Positions 25,233-37,736 of a DNA stretch of 64,000 nt are shown one piece after another (position 1 is the first letter of the stretch; each line of letters begins with the position of its first letter). Under the pieces are notes generated by a model. The model was not told the DNA's origin. It saw only the letters and a list, made by a program, of their open reading frames with translations, and ran no database searches. Position numbers and translations under genes: made by a program. Source of the stretch: Dudresnaya verticillata (lineage: Eukaryota); NCBI GenBank assembly GCA_977862235.1, contig OZ374560.1, forward strand, positions 2,666,001 to 2,730,000, in the 5' to 3' direction.

Positions 25233-27966
25233 GGGGATGCCGGTAAAGGCGGAGGAGGTGGGAACGGTCTGCCACTTGGGCGAGGAGAGCGGGGGTTACT
25301 CCGCGGCCTATCCACAGGATGGTTGAGTGCATCGGCGAACTGCACCTGGGGACTTGTCGGTCGGGGTGCTCCCCTGTTCTCCGGGTGCGGGCTGGCCTTG
25401 CCCTCGTTGAAATGTCGGCGTGAATTTTGAGGACCTGGATCCGAGGGACGCAGCTCATTCGCGAATGATGGCGAGCGGCCCACGATGGACAGCCATTCCC
25501 GTTTCTCCCTGGAGAGTTGGGCGTAGTGGTTACGTAGTATCTGTGAGAAGCCACGCTCGTCTGTTCTTGCCAGATATGGGCAATTGGGCTTTTTATGCCC
25601 GATACCCAGACATTCGAAGCAGATGTCATTCGGCCTATCCTCCACCACTAACCAGCCGGGACGCTGTGTGCGAGATGGTTGGGCCCACGAGGGAAGCCTC
25701 GGATTCTGGTTGGATAGTACCGCACTGACGGAGTCATAATAGCTGTCCGTAGCGTCCGACGGGGCTGTGGAGCAGACGCCCGATGTTGTTACGGACGAAT
25801 CCGGCGCTTGGCTGTCGATGGCCGCCACCACTGCGTCCTCCGAATCGGAGCTAGTCCTTGTAGAGCCACCACTGTCACTTGACGCGACCTCAGTGTTGGG
25901 ACGTCCCTGTCTGACCAGTAGCGCCCGTCCGGCCTTCTTGGATTTAACGGAGGACTTTCGTCGCAACATTGAAGTACCAGAGACACGCTCTCGACGACCA
26001 GCGCCCATGAGGGCCCGATGTGAGTCACCTTGGGCAGTAGCCAGTTCCACATAGTCGGCAAGCTTTGCCGTCCGTGGGTCCAAACCCGAATTGCTCAGTA
26101 ACGGCTTTGTGGCCGGCAAGAGTCCACGGATGAACCGGGTAATCAGGTCCTGTTCTGTATACACACCTGCGACCTTTCGAGCCTTATTCTGGAGGCGCCG
26201 TGAGAAGGTCACTTCGTCCTCATCCTCGGCTTGTGCCATACGGTCCATTTCCGAGGCTATCCTCTCGATGTACACGTCCTTCGCATATGTGCGTAGGAGG
26301 TAATTGACGGCCTCGGGCCACTCGGAGAATCCTCCATTATCATCCCCGGCCACGTCGAAGTTGGCTTCGAACATGTCTCGCGAATCCTTATCCAGGAACT
26401 CGGGAAGCACAAGGATTGCTGCTTCTTCGCTTATCCTGGCTTGGTCCAGTTGGCGCTTCAAAGCGGCTAAGAAGCCAATGATCGCAACTGGGTCACTTCC
26501 GTCGAACTTGCGACTCTTCATTACGGACTTGATCCTCTTGATCTTTTTCGACGTGTCCTCCGTGACTTCTGGACCCTGTATTGGTCCAGGTTCAGCAGAC
26601 GATAGCGTCGATAAGAGAGAACCTGAATGAAAGCCGGGTTCTGCGGGGCCAGCTCCTTAACGTCAGAGCGTCTAGGTCCTCGCCAAGAGGAGCGCGATGA
26701 ACGCCTCGGTGGGGAACTATCCTTTCCGGAGGACTGCGGCTGACGCCGCTGCTCCGACCGACGTGGTTCATCCCGGTTTCGACGGGATTCAGTCCCTTGA
26801 CCAGTACGGCAGGTTTTGCAACCGGAATGCGCCGCGCGCGGGTTGTCCACATCCGAATGGTCGTGCACCGATTCCGCATCGGATTCTCGCCTAGGCGAAT
26901 GACGTCGCCGGTCTCGAGTTCCTTTTGGCACCGGGCCCCGGCGTCGCTCCACTTCGGGCGATAGGTTCTTCTCAAGAAGACATAACTGGAGACGAGTCTC
27001 GATTATGTTGATCCGACGCCGTTCGTCGGCTAGCTCCTTCCGTAAGAGCGCAATTGCTCGGTCTTGTTCTAAACACGTGGCGTCATTCCCCTCGAGACGA
27101 AGGGCCCGAACTGCTTCGGACGCTTCTTCCCGTGAGAGGTCCACTGCTCGAGTGAGGGGCTCAAAATCTCCGTGGATTGTTTCCACCCGCTCCACGAGCG
27201 ATTCTACCCTCGCATCGAGTGATTCCATTTCATCCGCCACTCTCTGTCCTGTATCGGAGTGGCGGATGCGGCCGGTCATTTCCTCTTGACACAAGGTCAG
27301 TATCCGCTCATCTCGGCGTCCGGCTGACTCATCGATGTAGCGTTGTACACGCGTGAGCGTTTCATCAGCCTGTGCTGCGGCAAGCGACCTGATTTGGGTC
27401 GCTACGAGGTGACCAACACTATCAGCGACCATTCGGTGGATCTCCGATTCCGTAAAGCATCGGACGTCCTCCGAATTGGTATTCGTTCGGGTCGGCTGCC
27501 CATTTCCAGGCGCCGAGTCGAGCTCTGTCGGTGCCGCGTAATCGGTCGATCGTCCACTGGGGAGTCACCGTGATTCCGGCATCACTTCTGGACCCTGGTC
27601 CTCATTCCCATCCACGTGTGTGGATGTTTGTGGTTCTGACCGGGTCATTTTTCCTTCAAACGAGGCCGAATCCCTTCCAGGGCTCGGCATTAAACCGGGA
27701 GTAGTCCCTAGAACAAGGTCGGGCCTAGAACTTCCAACCAATGGCGGTCGTTCGCGGTTTGATCTTGGTTCGGGACCATCTTCATCGGGGGCGTCACCGT
27801 CTATATGGCGTCGCCCCAATCGCCCGTCCGAAGGGCTGCGCCTTAGCGCGGCAGTCCCCGAACGGGTGGTAACGCCCGTGATACGGACTGAGGAAAGACT
27901 TCCGGCACAACTGCCACCACGGCCGATGAGGCTCGGCCTGGTTGTATCGCCATTCGATGTCGGCAT
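25199..27966 (-). pseudogene. gag: C gag (fragmented)
   Basis: ORFs 27565-27966 (MPTSNGDTTRP, as in A), 26521-27432 and 25229-26521. Zinc knuckle CFECLGIGHKKPNC; a premature TGA is followed in frame by ...PKN*. Confidence 0.9.
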
Positions 27967-28113
27967 CCTTCCGATGGTATGGGACTAATAACCCGTCCCA
28001 AAAATAGGTAGTAATTCCGGAATGACCGGTGGGTCGATGGGACTTTTTCCCGATGCGCCAACCGGCGTTCCGTAACTGTTTCTCGCACGAGACGATGTGT
28101 CGAAGGGGAATCC

Positions 28114-29022
28114 TGTAGTGCAAACGTCGATGACGGACACCGCCGAGCAGTTCAGGGCTCGGTGGGTAGCGACGCCTGCGGCGATGAGTGGCCTCGCCGT
28201 GGGCGTCTGTTGGTAGAGCGGTTGACTCGCCTGGGGCGGACTGTAAACGCCCGAGGCGGAAAAGAAGAACAAAAGAAAACAGAAAGGGAACACGTCGAGG
28301 ACGGGTAGAGACGTGGAAGCACGGAGGTAGACGCTTAGCCGTAGGCAGCGGTAGGGTACGCGCGTGCTGAACGGGGAAGTCTGGACCAAGGCCGGCTTGC
28401 CGGGGTTTACTGTGACGTCTGAGACGGATCCACTAAGTACAGGATTTCCTAGCGGCGGCGACGCGGATGTACGCGTAACGCGGGAACTCGGGACACGTGT
28501 TGTCCCGAGGCGCGTCTGACAGATCCGTCCGTCATGCAGCCGCGCTCCTGACAGATCACGCGTAGCTTCCCCGCTCGAGTCCTTACACTTACACGTGGAT
28601 TACTTCCTTACAGCCGCATGCGCCCCATGGCGCGAGCGATCTCGATCCGCACCAATCCCGATCCAGTCCGGATTCGGGCCAGCGATGCGGATGCGCCAGG
28701 CTTACAGGCGCGTGCCTTACACTCCTTAATCCCGATGTGGGATCCCGATGTGGGATCCCGATTGGATCCGGATTCGGGCCACGCTTACAGCGAACGTTCC
28801 CGCCACTGCGCCATGCGCGTACGCGTGGCGCCGTACAGTGGCCGGGCTCAGGCGTGCGGTCTGTACGCCCAGCAAGCCGTTCTGGCCCAAGTGGGCAGCG
28901 GCATGCGTCGGTGACGTGTTTGCGCCGCGGGCGGGTTGAGCGCGCCGTTGGCGGTCGTCCGTCGGTAGACGCTGCATATCAACGCTTGAAAGCGAAAACG
29001 GGGGACCCCCCCTGGCACTACA
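28114..29022 (-). repeat. D 3' LTR
   Basis: Repeat of 40416-41320; about 6 substitutions and one small indel region by eye. Confidence 0.97.
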
Positions 29023-29485
29023 CGACCCCCTCCGAAAACGCGACCACGTCAACCTGCTTCAGCCTGCCTGCTTATCCGCATCTGCGTCTCTTCCAGTGCC
29101 GATCTTGTCGGTCACCCGCGTCTTCACGTCTGCGTTTGCCCGCCCTTGGCGTTGGTTGAGCCCCGCCAAAGACGCACGTTCAGTTGCCCATCCGCCGTTG
29201 GCGCAGCAACAACTCCCTTCGAAGACGTGTCGTTGACTAACTTCGCCAGTGGCGTGCGTGAAACCCCGTCGTTTACGTCTTATCTTGTGCAAGCGTGCGT
29301 GCGCTTATCGCCTAGGGCGTTTCTTTGAGTTCCGCATTCGGCGTTGTTCGGTCTAGCGTCGTTGACGTGTGCCTTGTTTTCTTCCGCCTTTGGCGTAGTT
29401 GACTCGACTTCGGAGTCCGAGACCGTCGTTGACGTATCGTGTGAAGTCCGCCAGTGGCGTGTGATTACGCAACGTCTCAGACGTA

Positions 29486-30703
29486 ATGGCGCAGTTCAAT
29501 GGCCTGCAAGTGGCTGCGCCTTCGGCGGCGCCGGTGTATCCGTCCCCCTTCGACTTTTTCTGGAGGACGCCCCGCAACGATGCGCGATTGTTCTCGCGGG
29601 CCCCCTGGTTCGACCAGGAGGCCCTGCGACACGAGGATCTCATCACCCATTACGCTGTGAGCGGATTTTTGCCAGGGGAGTTGCCCCTGGCCGTCGTGTG
29701 GACGAACGAGTGGCGCCATCGGTGCGCCATTCCGAGGGGTTGGCTGCGTATTGCCGCCGGCCAGACGCGTGCAGATGCACATGCGCGTTTCGTCGTTGAC
29801 GTGTATCGGCGGTTTACCCGCTATCCGGGGTCGGTATTGACGCCTACCGTCTTTGAATTTGACGCAGGGCAGTACCGCACAAATAGCGAGTTTGGGTATG
29901 GGGACCGTCTTGGGACGTTGTCATTAAGCCATGTGGCTGTTTCGGCTGAGCCGCGGGTGCTTCAGGAGATTAACCTCCTTGGTGTACGCTTGAAAGCGGA
30001 TTTCCGATACTTGCATAGGACGGGCACCTTCTATTGGGAGCGCTGCGTCCGTTGGGATTGCGAAACGCGCCGCCGCAAAGGCGTTTTTGTGCCGTATCAA
30101 GATACGCAAGTCGATCGCATTGAGCGGGAAAAGTTGCCGCATTGCTTCATTCGCGTCCCGCCGATGTGGCGGGACTTTGAGGTCTGCGAGGGCTTTGCGG
30201 CTGAATTGCCTCCGTGTGTCACGTATATTTGCTCCGAGTTGCGGACGGATCCGTACTCCCGATGTTGGATCGTATTTTTCACCGAGTGGGTCGTCAACGT
30301 AACTTACGCATGGATGTGGGAGGTGTATGACACCTTCCGGCTCTATTATGTGCCGCCACGCGTAGTCAGCCTCCTTGGTGGGCTTGATTTGACCGAAGTG
30401 TTGGGTGGTGCCAGGAACTGCCAAGAGTTCTGGGATTTACGCCAGGTGGCAGATAACGTCAACTGGGACGACCCGGCAGCTGTGCCGCCGGGAAACCGGC
30501 GCCGTAAGGCAAACCATCCGCGTTACGCGATGAGTAGAAATTATTCCGCCTGTGGCGATTGGGTGTGGTGCAACCCGTGGACCAAACGTCTTACGACGGA
30601 GAACATCGCTGAGAGTCATCGTCGTACGGACCGCTTCACGCCAGCGAATCACCAACGTGGGTTGCGCAAGAATTGCGACTTTTCGGGGGATTTCCCGCCT
30701 TGA
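29486..30703 (+). CDS. D antisense accessory protein, aromatic-rich globular part (405 aa)
   Basis: Long ATG ORF not overlapping pol. FFTEWVVNVTYAWMWEVYDTFRLYYV..NW..GDWV aligns by eye with A FRHEWIVLVTQVFVYEARRGFLYFI..RW..GDWV. Confidence 0.8.
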   Translation: MAQFNGLQVAAPSAAPVYPSPFDFFWRTPRNDARLFSRAPWFDQEALRHEDLITHYAVSGFLPGELPLAVVWTNEWRHRCAIPRGWLRIAAGQTRADAHARFVVDVYRRFTRYPGSVLTPTVFEFDAGQYRTNSEFGYGDRLGTLSLSHVAVSAEPRVLQEINLLGVRLKADFRYLHRTGTFYWERCVRWDCETRRRKGVFVPYQDTQVDRIEREKLPHCFIRVPPMWRDFEVCEGFAAELPPCVTYICSELRTDPYSRCWIVFFTEWVVNVTYAWMWEVYDTFRLYYVPPRVVSLLGGLDLTEVLGGARNCQEFWDLRQVADNVNWDDPAAVPPGNRRRKANHPRYAMSRNYSACGDWVWCNPWTKRLTTENIAESHRRTDRFTPANHQRGLRKNCDFSGDFPP

Positions 30704-31779
30704 TGGCGGAGGAGGATGCGTTTCACGCTAAAAGCGGACCGGTTAACCCGTCTGGGACGGACGTCATTACGCCTATGGCGGTTGAGCTTACTGCGGGGGC
30801 GACAGCTCCCGCGACGATTTCGCCAGCGGCGGTAGGACCGTCGGCTGTTGTGCCTGTTGGCTTGCCGTCGGTTGCGCCACTGGATCTCTCGGCGCCCGTC
30901 AATGACGGTGATGGTGATGCCATCATGGCTGCGCCCATGGCGAGTTCTGCGCCGGTAGTTACGCCTCAAGGCGGAGTGTCTAACGTCGCTGACGGTGCGC
31001 ATCGCCCTCCTGCAGTGCCCGAGTGGACTGAGGAGCAGCGCCGCACGGTGCTCGCATTCTTGCGAGCCACCGGTGTCGTCACTGACGGGTCGGGCGGGTC
31101 ATCCACGACGCCCCTCGGGCACTCGCTGCTGGCTGCTCTGCAGCCCAGCGTTGCTGCGGTTCCGGCGTCGACCGTCGTTGCGACTGTGCCGTCTAACGAC
31201 GAAGGTGCGGCGTCTAATGACGGAGTGGCGAAAAAGCCTTTGTCGCCTAAGGCGGGTTGTGCGGGTTCGTCCGCCATTGCGTCCACTGACGTTGCTAGAA
31301 AAAGTCCGCCAAAGGCGAGTGCGGTGGTAGCGCCTACGGCGGTTCCGCAGGCTCCAGTGGCCTCTTCGTCGGTGACGGATGTTGATCGTTCAACGCCCTT
31401 GGCGGTTAATGCGGTCCCGTCACCGGAGGTGCCGGGGCCGTCAACTTCGCCCAAGGCGGTTGAGGATGCTCCGCCGCCGAAGGCGAGTGAGCTTCCTTTT
31501 GTAACGCCTAAGGCGGGTTGTGACTATAACGTTGCGCCTATGGCGGTTGACGAACAGTCGTCGCCTAAGGCGGATTGTGAGACAGGTGCGTCGCCAGCGG
31601 CGGATGTCGCGACTTCGACAGCAGTGATTGTGGCGGGTCCCTTGCGGTCCGCTCCTGCCCCTGCCGCGAGCGCACCGTCGGTGACGGAAGACGACCTCTA
31701 CGAAGAGGCGTTGAGAGAATCCGCCAATGGCGTTGGGGATGATGCCCCACTTGAACCGTCTGCGACGAAAAAGGCGTAG
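30673..31779 (+). CDS. D antisense Ala/Pro-rich ORF (368 aa), probably the frameshifted C-terminal tail of the previous ORF
   Basis: Overlaps the previous ORF end in the -1 frame; low-complexity tail as in A and C; AATAAA at 31978-31983. Confidence 0.65.
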   Translation: MRLFGGFPALMAEEDAFHAKSGPVNPSGTDVITPMAVELTAGATAPATISPAAVGPSAVVPVGLPSVAPLDLSAPVNDGDGDAIMAAPMASSAPVVTPQGGVSNVADGAHRPPAVPEWTEEQRRTVLAFLRATGVVTDGSGGSSTTPLGHSLLAALQPSVAAVPASTVVATVPSNDEGAASNDGVAKKPLSPKAGCAGSSAIASTDVARKSPPKASAVVAPTAVPQAPVASSSVTDVDRSTPLAVNAVPSPEVPGPSTSPKAVEDAPPPKASELPFVTPKAGCDYNVAPMAVDEQSSPKADCETGASPAADVATSTAVIVAGPLRSAPAPAASAPSVTEDDLYEEALRESANGVGDDAPLEPSATKKA

Positions 31780-32997
31780 CCTTTATGGGATCTTTGAGGA
31801 CGGTTAGCAAACGCGAGAGCGCGTGTGGTGTCGCTTTGCCTGTCCCGTGTTGGGGCGGCGAGCGAGGGGTTCATACGTCATAGACGGTTAGTGCCGCGGC
31901 AGACGCGCGCGTCTCACGACGTAGGTCGTGGTGGAAGGTCATGCGGGCACGGGGGTTACCCTCGCTTATGAAGCCCGAATAAACTTGACCGTTGTTAAAA
32001 CGTAGTTGCTTATGTGTCCGCTTGATGTAGAGCGCTGCGATAGCGAATAGTATGTAGCCGACGGGTCGCGTTCGTATAGACGTTTTTGTTGTCTGTTCGC
32101 GGTAGTAGCGTTTTCGTAAAAGCTTGGGGCGGTGCCGCCTTGGTGGCGTTTTTCTCCTTCTTGATGCCGCTACAGTAGCGTAAGCCCTTTTGGGAGGGTC
32201 CATTTTCTCATGCCGACCTAGTCGTTTTGTTCAAATTGTGATTCCGCTTGTTGAGCGAATATGTAGTTGGGGAGCCGTTTGTCGGTAGTCTTTTCGTCTT
32301 TGACGTAGGGCATGTTGGGTTAGCGTCGGGGACGGTTAGCTTGGCGATGCGCCGCGCATGGGGCGCGTTTCTTGCGACTCCTGGGCGTGGCTGCCGTGCG
32401 CAGCGGCGGAGTCATTTTTGCGATTAGCGCGTCGTGCACGAAACGTAGCCCAACTCCGTCTTCGACGACTGTTTCTTCTCTCGTGTTTGCGGGCGACCCC
32501 TTCTTCGACTTGAGACACGTCGTTGACGTTCGCGAGCGTCACCCTCGAGGCGGTTGCGTGCGCCGCCCGTAAGGGTGACGAGTTTCGGACTTGGCCGTGG
32601 GTGGCGCGCTTGGGCGAGGACGTCGGAGACGGTTTGTCGCGTCCGTGCTTGGTTGCCTCGTGGGCGCTCGTAGTGCTGGGGTACACATTTGTCAGGTTCC
32701 CGTTGTTGGGCGCCCGCCGCCGCTGGTGCCCGCGTTATTATTTTCGCATTAAAATTTTCCATTTCGCTGTTGCCCGATTTCGTGTGGTTCGTGCGCTCTC
32801 CACGCCTTCTGACTACTGTCAGCCGTTCTGTCCTTACGGACCCCCTCCGAAGAGGGTTGCCTATTCGCGTCTCGCCAACCCAATCGTCCTTGCTCCGGTT
32901 GATTACAGCCCCAGTCGTCCGTAACGAGTGCACGTCCGCGTCAATCCGTATGAGGATGTGGCGTGTGTTTCGCTTCCAGCGCCCACCCTGACTAGGG

Positions 32998-35900
32998 TTA
33001 TCCGCGTTGCGCGTCGTCGATATTTGCCGGCAGGCTCGTGTGCTTCTGACGGTGATACCGCACAACGTGCGATCGCGGTAGACTGGACACGGGTTCCCAG
33101 GTATTCGCTGAAGCGGGGTATCCAAACCACTTGACGCGGTAGAGGATCTCACCGTCTTCCGCGTGTGCGTGCGACTCAACCCGTTCGATAACGTACTCCT
33201 TCTCGCTTGCAGCGGTCGACGTGGGTTCCTGCCGTTCTAACGCCTTGGGCGGCTCACTTCGTTGTGTGATGGGCGTCTGCACCGGTTCGGCAAACCGTAC
33301 TCAACGAGTCGATCGCCTGAGGCGCTGGGTCGGTGCCCCGAGCGCTTGCGTAGCGGTTTGTGGTTCGTCGCTTTTGCGTACTGGTTCCTCGCTTCTAGCG
33401 GCGTCTTTCGCGTTAGCGCGGTCTTCCTCATCGTCAGTCGATGCGCTCGAAGCGGGACCTACCTTGGTAGCCGGCGAAGCCGAGGTTGCGTGTCCCATTC
33501 GCGTACGGATGCCGGGACCCTCCTCCTCGTCGGAGACGGATTGCAAGACACCGTCGTCGGGGTTAGCGGCAAAGGGCGAGAGCTCTGCTAATCCGCGGCT
33601 TCGTGGCGTTGCATTCATTCGCTCCTGCGAGTCGTTCGTGCTGCGCGGTGTCCCTGTGCCTCCTGCCGGGTCCGCCTGTGGCGTGTCTGGGGTTCCTGCT
33701 CCTTCGTCGGCTGACGTGGGGGCCGGGGGTCCCGGTACGTCAGATGGTCCCGGTGGTTGCACTGTTGCGGGGGCGGTGTGCCCTGGTGGGGTTGGCGCCC
33801 ATACCACGCGGTCTCGGGATAAGCGTTCGCGTTCGCTACGTCCCTTGTCGACGGTGACTGTCCCGTCGTCGACGTGTGTTACTCGATACGGTCCATCCGC
33901 TACAGGTGCGAGCTTGTGCTTGCGCTCTGAGCGATCGGTGCTCCCGCCGCGGGCGAAGTATTCCTTCCGCACGAATGCGAAGTCTCCCACAGCGATGTTC
34001 TCCTTCGATTTCCTCAGACGAGTATCGAAGTTCCGTTTGTAACGCGCCTGCGTTTTCGCGAGCGACGCGTTAGCGGTTCCCATCAATGCGGACAGCCAGG
34101 TTCGCCATTTGGTGTAGTACTGTCCGGCAGTGGGCACGCTTTCCAGCGACGGCTCTGCTTCCAGCGACAATGGCCGCGGGGGCTTAGATAGCACCAGCTC
34201 GATTGGAGCGAGGTTGGTGGACGAGTGCAGTTGCGTATTGTACGCGAACATCAGAGCATCGGTGAACAAATCCCAGTCCTTGGGGTGGTCTGCTACGTAG
34301 TGACGCAGGGAGGCGAGGATGGTTCGATTGAATCGTTCCACTTGGCCGTTACACTGCGGGTGGTACGTAGTAGTGAAGAGATTCTCCACCCCTAAGATGC
34401 GGCAGACATCCTGGAACAACTTGGCTACAAATTTCGGCCCATTGTCGGACAGCAGGTTCTTGGGTGGGCCATACACAAGCACCCAGTGTCGAACAAACGC
34501 CTGAGCGATTTCCAATGCCGTAATCTTACGCAAGGGAACCGTCCGGACCAGCTTCGAGAAGCGGTCCACGATGACGAGTAGAAACTTATTCCCCCGCTTA
34601 GTGCGTATGAGCTCTCCGAGTATATCGATGGACGCAAACTCGAGAGGCTCGGTTTCTGGGAACAGTTTCATCTCCTTCACGTTCTTTCGCATCAGTACCC
34701 GGTTCTTCGCGCAAGTAACGCAGTTGCGGACGGTCGCGTAACAATCCACCGACATAGACGGCCAATAATACTCACGTCGAAGCGTATGGTATAGCTTCCG
34801 TCCTCCAGGATGTCCTGCTAATTTAGCATGATATCGGAGATGGAGCAATCGAACGGGTAACGCGGATGGTACAACGACTTGGGGTCGGGCCTCGACGGTC
34901 CGAACCAATAGTCCTTGTTCGTCCGTTGCAAACGGTAGGTTGTCCCCGTCATCTAGACGTTTCCGGATCTCGTAACAGTAATGGTCACTGCCCTGAGCAT
35001 GCACCAACTCTTCATGCGTCAATTGACGGAGGAGCACTTCATCCGCCGGCGGCGCGTTGGTAACCAACATCTGGTCAAACTCCTCGAAGTCTCGTTCGGA
35101 GAAATCGACTTCGCCTTTGGCGTTTGACGTATCGCTTTCTGCGTGAGCGTAGCCGTCTTCTGACGAGTGATCCTCGTCTTTGACGCAGCTTCCGTGGTAA
35201 CACGGGATATCATCGTCGATCGGTTCGACCGTTTCGCCGTTCGTCTGTAGACGTGAGAGGGCATCTGCCTGAGTATTCAGGTATCCCTTCTTATACTTCA
35301 CGACGAAGTCGAACTCGGAGAGGCGAAGGCGCCATCTCATTAGCCGTCCCGAGGGATCGCTGATTTCCAAGAGCCACCTCAACGACGAATGGTCCGTATG
35401 GACTACGAAGGACTCCATATGAAGGTACGGTCTCATCGTCGTGATCGACGAGACTACTGCTAGGCATTCCTTATCGGATACCGAGTAGTTGCGCTCCCGA
35501 GCGGTTAACGAGCGTGACCAGAATCCAAGCGGCTTCCGTTCGCCGTCAGGCTGCGTTTGGAAGAGTGCGCAGCCAACTTGGTATTCGCTCGCATCACAAT
35601 CGACGGAGTACGGCAGTCCTTGCTGTGGCAACGCCAGGATGGGCGGGTGAGTCACCGCTTCGACAAGCGTGCTGAATGCCCGAGCTTGCTCCTCGGTGAA
35701 CGGTTGTAACCGGAAGTCTTGCTCCTTCCTCAACAATTTGTTGAGGGGAGCGGCGACGTGCGCGTATCGCGATACAAACCGTCTATAGACGTTGCAAAAT
35801 CCGAGAAAGCTCCGTAATTCCTTCTGGTCCCGCGGATGCTTGGCTTCGCGTAACGCGGCTGTGACCGTACGGTCTACTTCCAATCGTCCCGGACGTATCA

Positions 35901-37736
35901 CATGGCCTAAATAGTTGACGGTCGGGGTGAAGAAGTCGCACTTGGTCAACTTCAATGTCACCCCGGCCCGATGCAAGGTCGAAAGGATCTCGTCAACATG
36001 ACGGAAGTGACTGTCAATATCGTTCGAGAAGATGATCACATCGTCAAGGTAGAGGAGGCATGAGCGCCACTTGTATCCCGCAAGCAGTATATCGAGGGTC
36101 CGTTGAAACGTGGCCGGTGCGTTAGTGAGTCCGAAGGGCATACGCTTGTAGCGGAACAATCCGGCATGGCACGTGAATGCGGTCTTGTCGGGATCTCGCG
36201 GATTGATGGGCACCTGCCAGTAGCCACTATTGCAGTATAGGGTGGTGAAGACGTTCGCTTCCCCTAGGCTGTCAATACATTCGTCGATTCGCGGGAGAGG
36301 GTACGTATCTCGTACCGTTACCGCGTTCAAGCGACGGTAGTCAACGCAGAAGCGGAGTGTACCGCCCTTCTTGGGAGCGAAGACGACCGGCGACGCCCAT
36401 GGCGATTGTGCGGGTTCGATAACCCCCTGACGCAACATGCGATCCACCTCCGCTTGAGCGAGTTGCCTTTGCTTTGGGCCAGCGCGGTAAGCCGGGGATG
36501 AAATCGGCCTGGAGCCGGGGGGCAAGTCAATATAGTGCTCCGTGGGTGCGATTTATCCTAACGAACCGTCCCACATCGACGAGTACCTGCGCAGCATCTC
36601 CTTCAGCCGTCCTTGATGTTCGGCTGAGAGATGACTCAGGTCCAACTCGTCCACTGACGGAGGTTTCGCTACAGTTGCTTCGATCGACTTAGCGAATGTA
36701 TCCGGCTGTGCCGTTACTCCATCATTCGTTTGAAAACGGAAATCTTGATTCGCCTCTTCCTCCGCTGCCTGTTCCGCGGTGATACCTAGGACATCGGCCA
36801 GACTTATGTGACTGGGGAACACTGCTGTGGGATGTGGCAACGCGGTAGCGACGACTTGTCCTTTGACGAGCGCTTGCGGACGCGGGGAGAAGTTTGCGAC
36901 GAGAATCCGGAACACTCTCAGCGGCTCTAATTGAGCGACCCCGTTAGTAACGGCCAAAGCTTGGCGATCATATAACGTTCCAAACAGTTGGATGGTAATG
37001 ACCCCTGCTCGCTCGGTCGTTACCGAGATCCACTTTTGTGCCTGTGGCGGGATGATTGTTCGTTCTGCAACGCGTATCTTGGGCGACGTTCGTCCGCCGG
37101 CCGTACCCTACTCTTGTTCCGTTGGCAACGGGGGGTACGACGGGGGCCGGCGCAGCGGGCGGCGCGTTATAGGGACACGGGTCCCGTCGTCCAACTCAAT
37201 CTCGCGACTCCGCGGATAAATCGCTTCGACAAAGCGGTCGCAAAAGTCGCAACCGAGTATAACCGGCGCAGCGAGCCGTTCACAGACGATCAACTCCAAC
37301 TTGACAACCCTTCGTCCGAGACGTACGACTAAATCGATAGTGCCCCGGGTCTGAATCGCCTTGTTGTTAGCGTCTGATATGACGGGGAGACTCTTGGATA
37401 CGATCCGTGATCGCGCTTCTAGCGAAATATCGTCAATACGGATGAAATTCGGACCAGCCCCCGTGTCGAGGACAGTGAGTTTACGTGCCAAGGTACCTAC
37501 AGTTACGCCTAGATCGGCGTATACTTTGTAGTTTCTTTTGACCATTACGAACAACTGTCCCAGGGCTTGTGGGGGCTGGTACCTACGCCAGGGGCGCTTC
37601 AAGGACGTCTGTGACGAGTCTACCCGCCCATCGGCGTATTTGTTAACTAGGTTCGGGCCCTCCTTCCGTGTCAGCACCCGAGGCGGAAGCCTCTCTGCTT
37701 GGTGCGACACCCCAGTGTCAGGAGTTGGTACCCTCA
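32998..37736 (-). pseudogene. pol: D pol: PR-RT-RNaseH-integrase-chromodomain (a few frameshifts/stops)
   Basis: LDTGAGPN in ORF 37108-38304; 1074-aa ORF 33301-36525 with YLDD, DAS, HHCC and DDE core; chromodomain EYVIERV..YRVKWFGY..NTWEP (32998-33282). Confidence 0.95.

Noticed and set aside
16558..28113. Private motif (C)GCC-N5-GGC(G) for elements A and C
   Set aside because: Only a handful of copies seen (e.g. about 16943, 17125, 17798, 17910), not clearly above chance; needs a k-mer scan.
32424..33179. ORFs in D's spacer between pol and the antisense gene
   Set aside because: Low-information translations with no homologues in the other elements.
33221..34042. Long ORFs opposite gag/pol or the accessory genes (also 46455-47189, 47393-48328, 50479-51357, 52706-53497)
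   Set aside because: Shadow frames of GC-rich coding sequence with no independent motifs.
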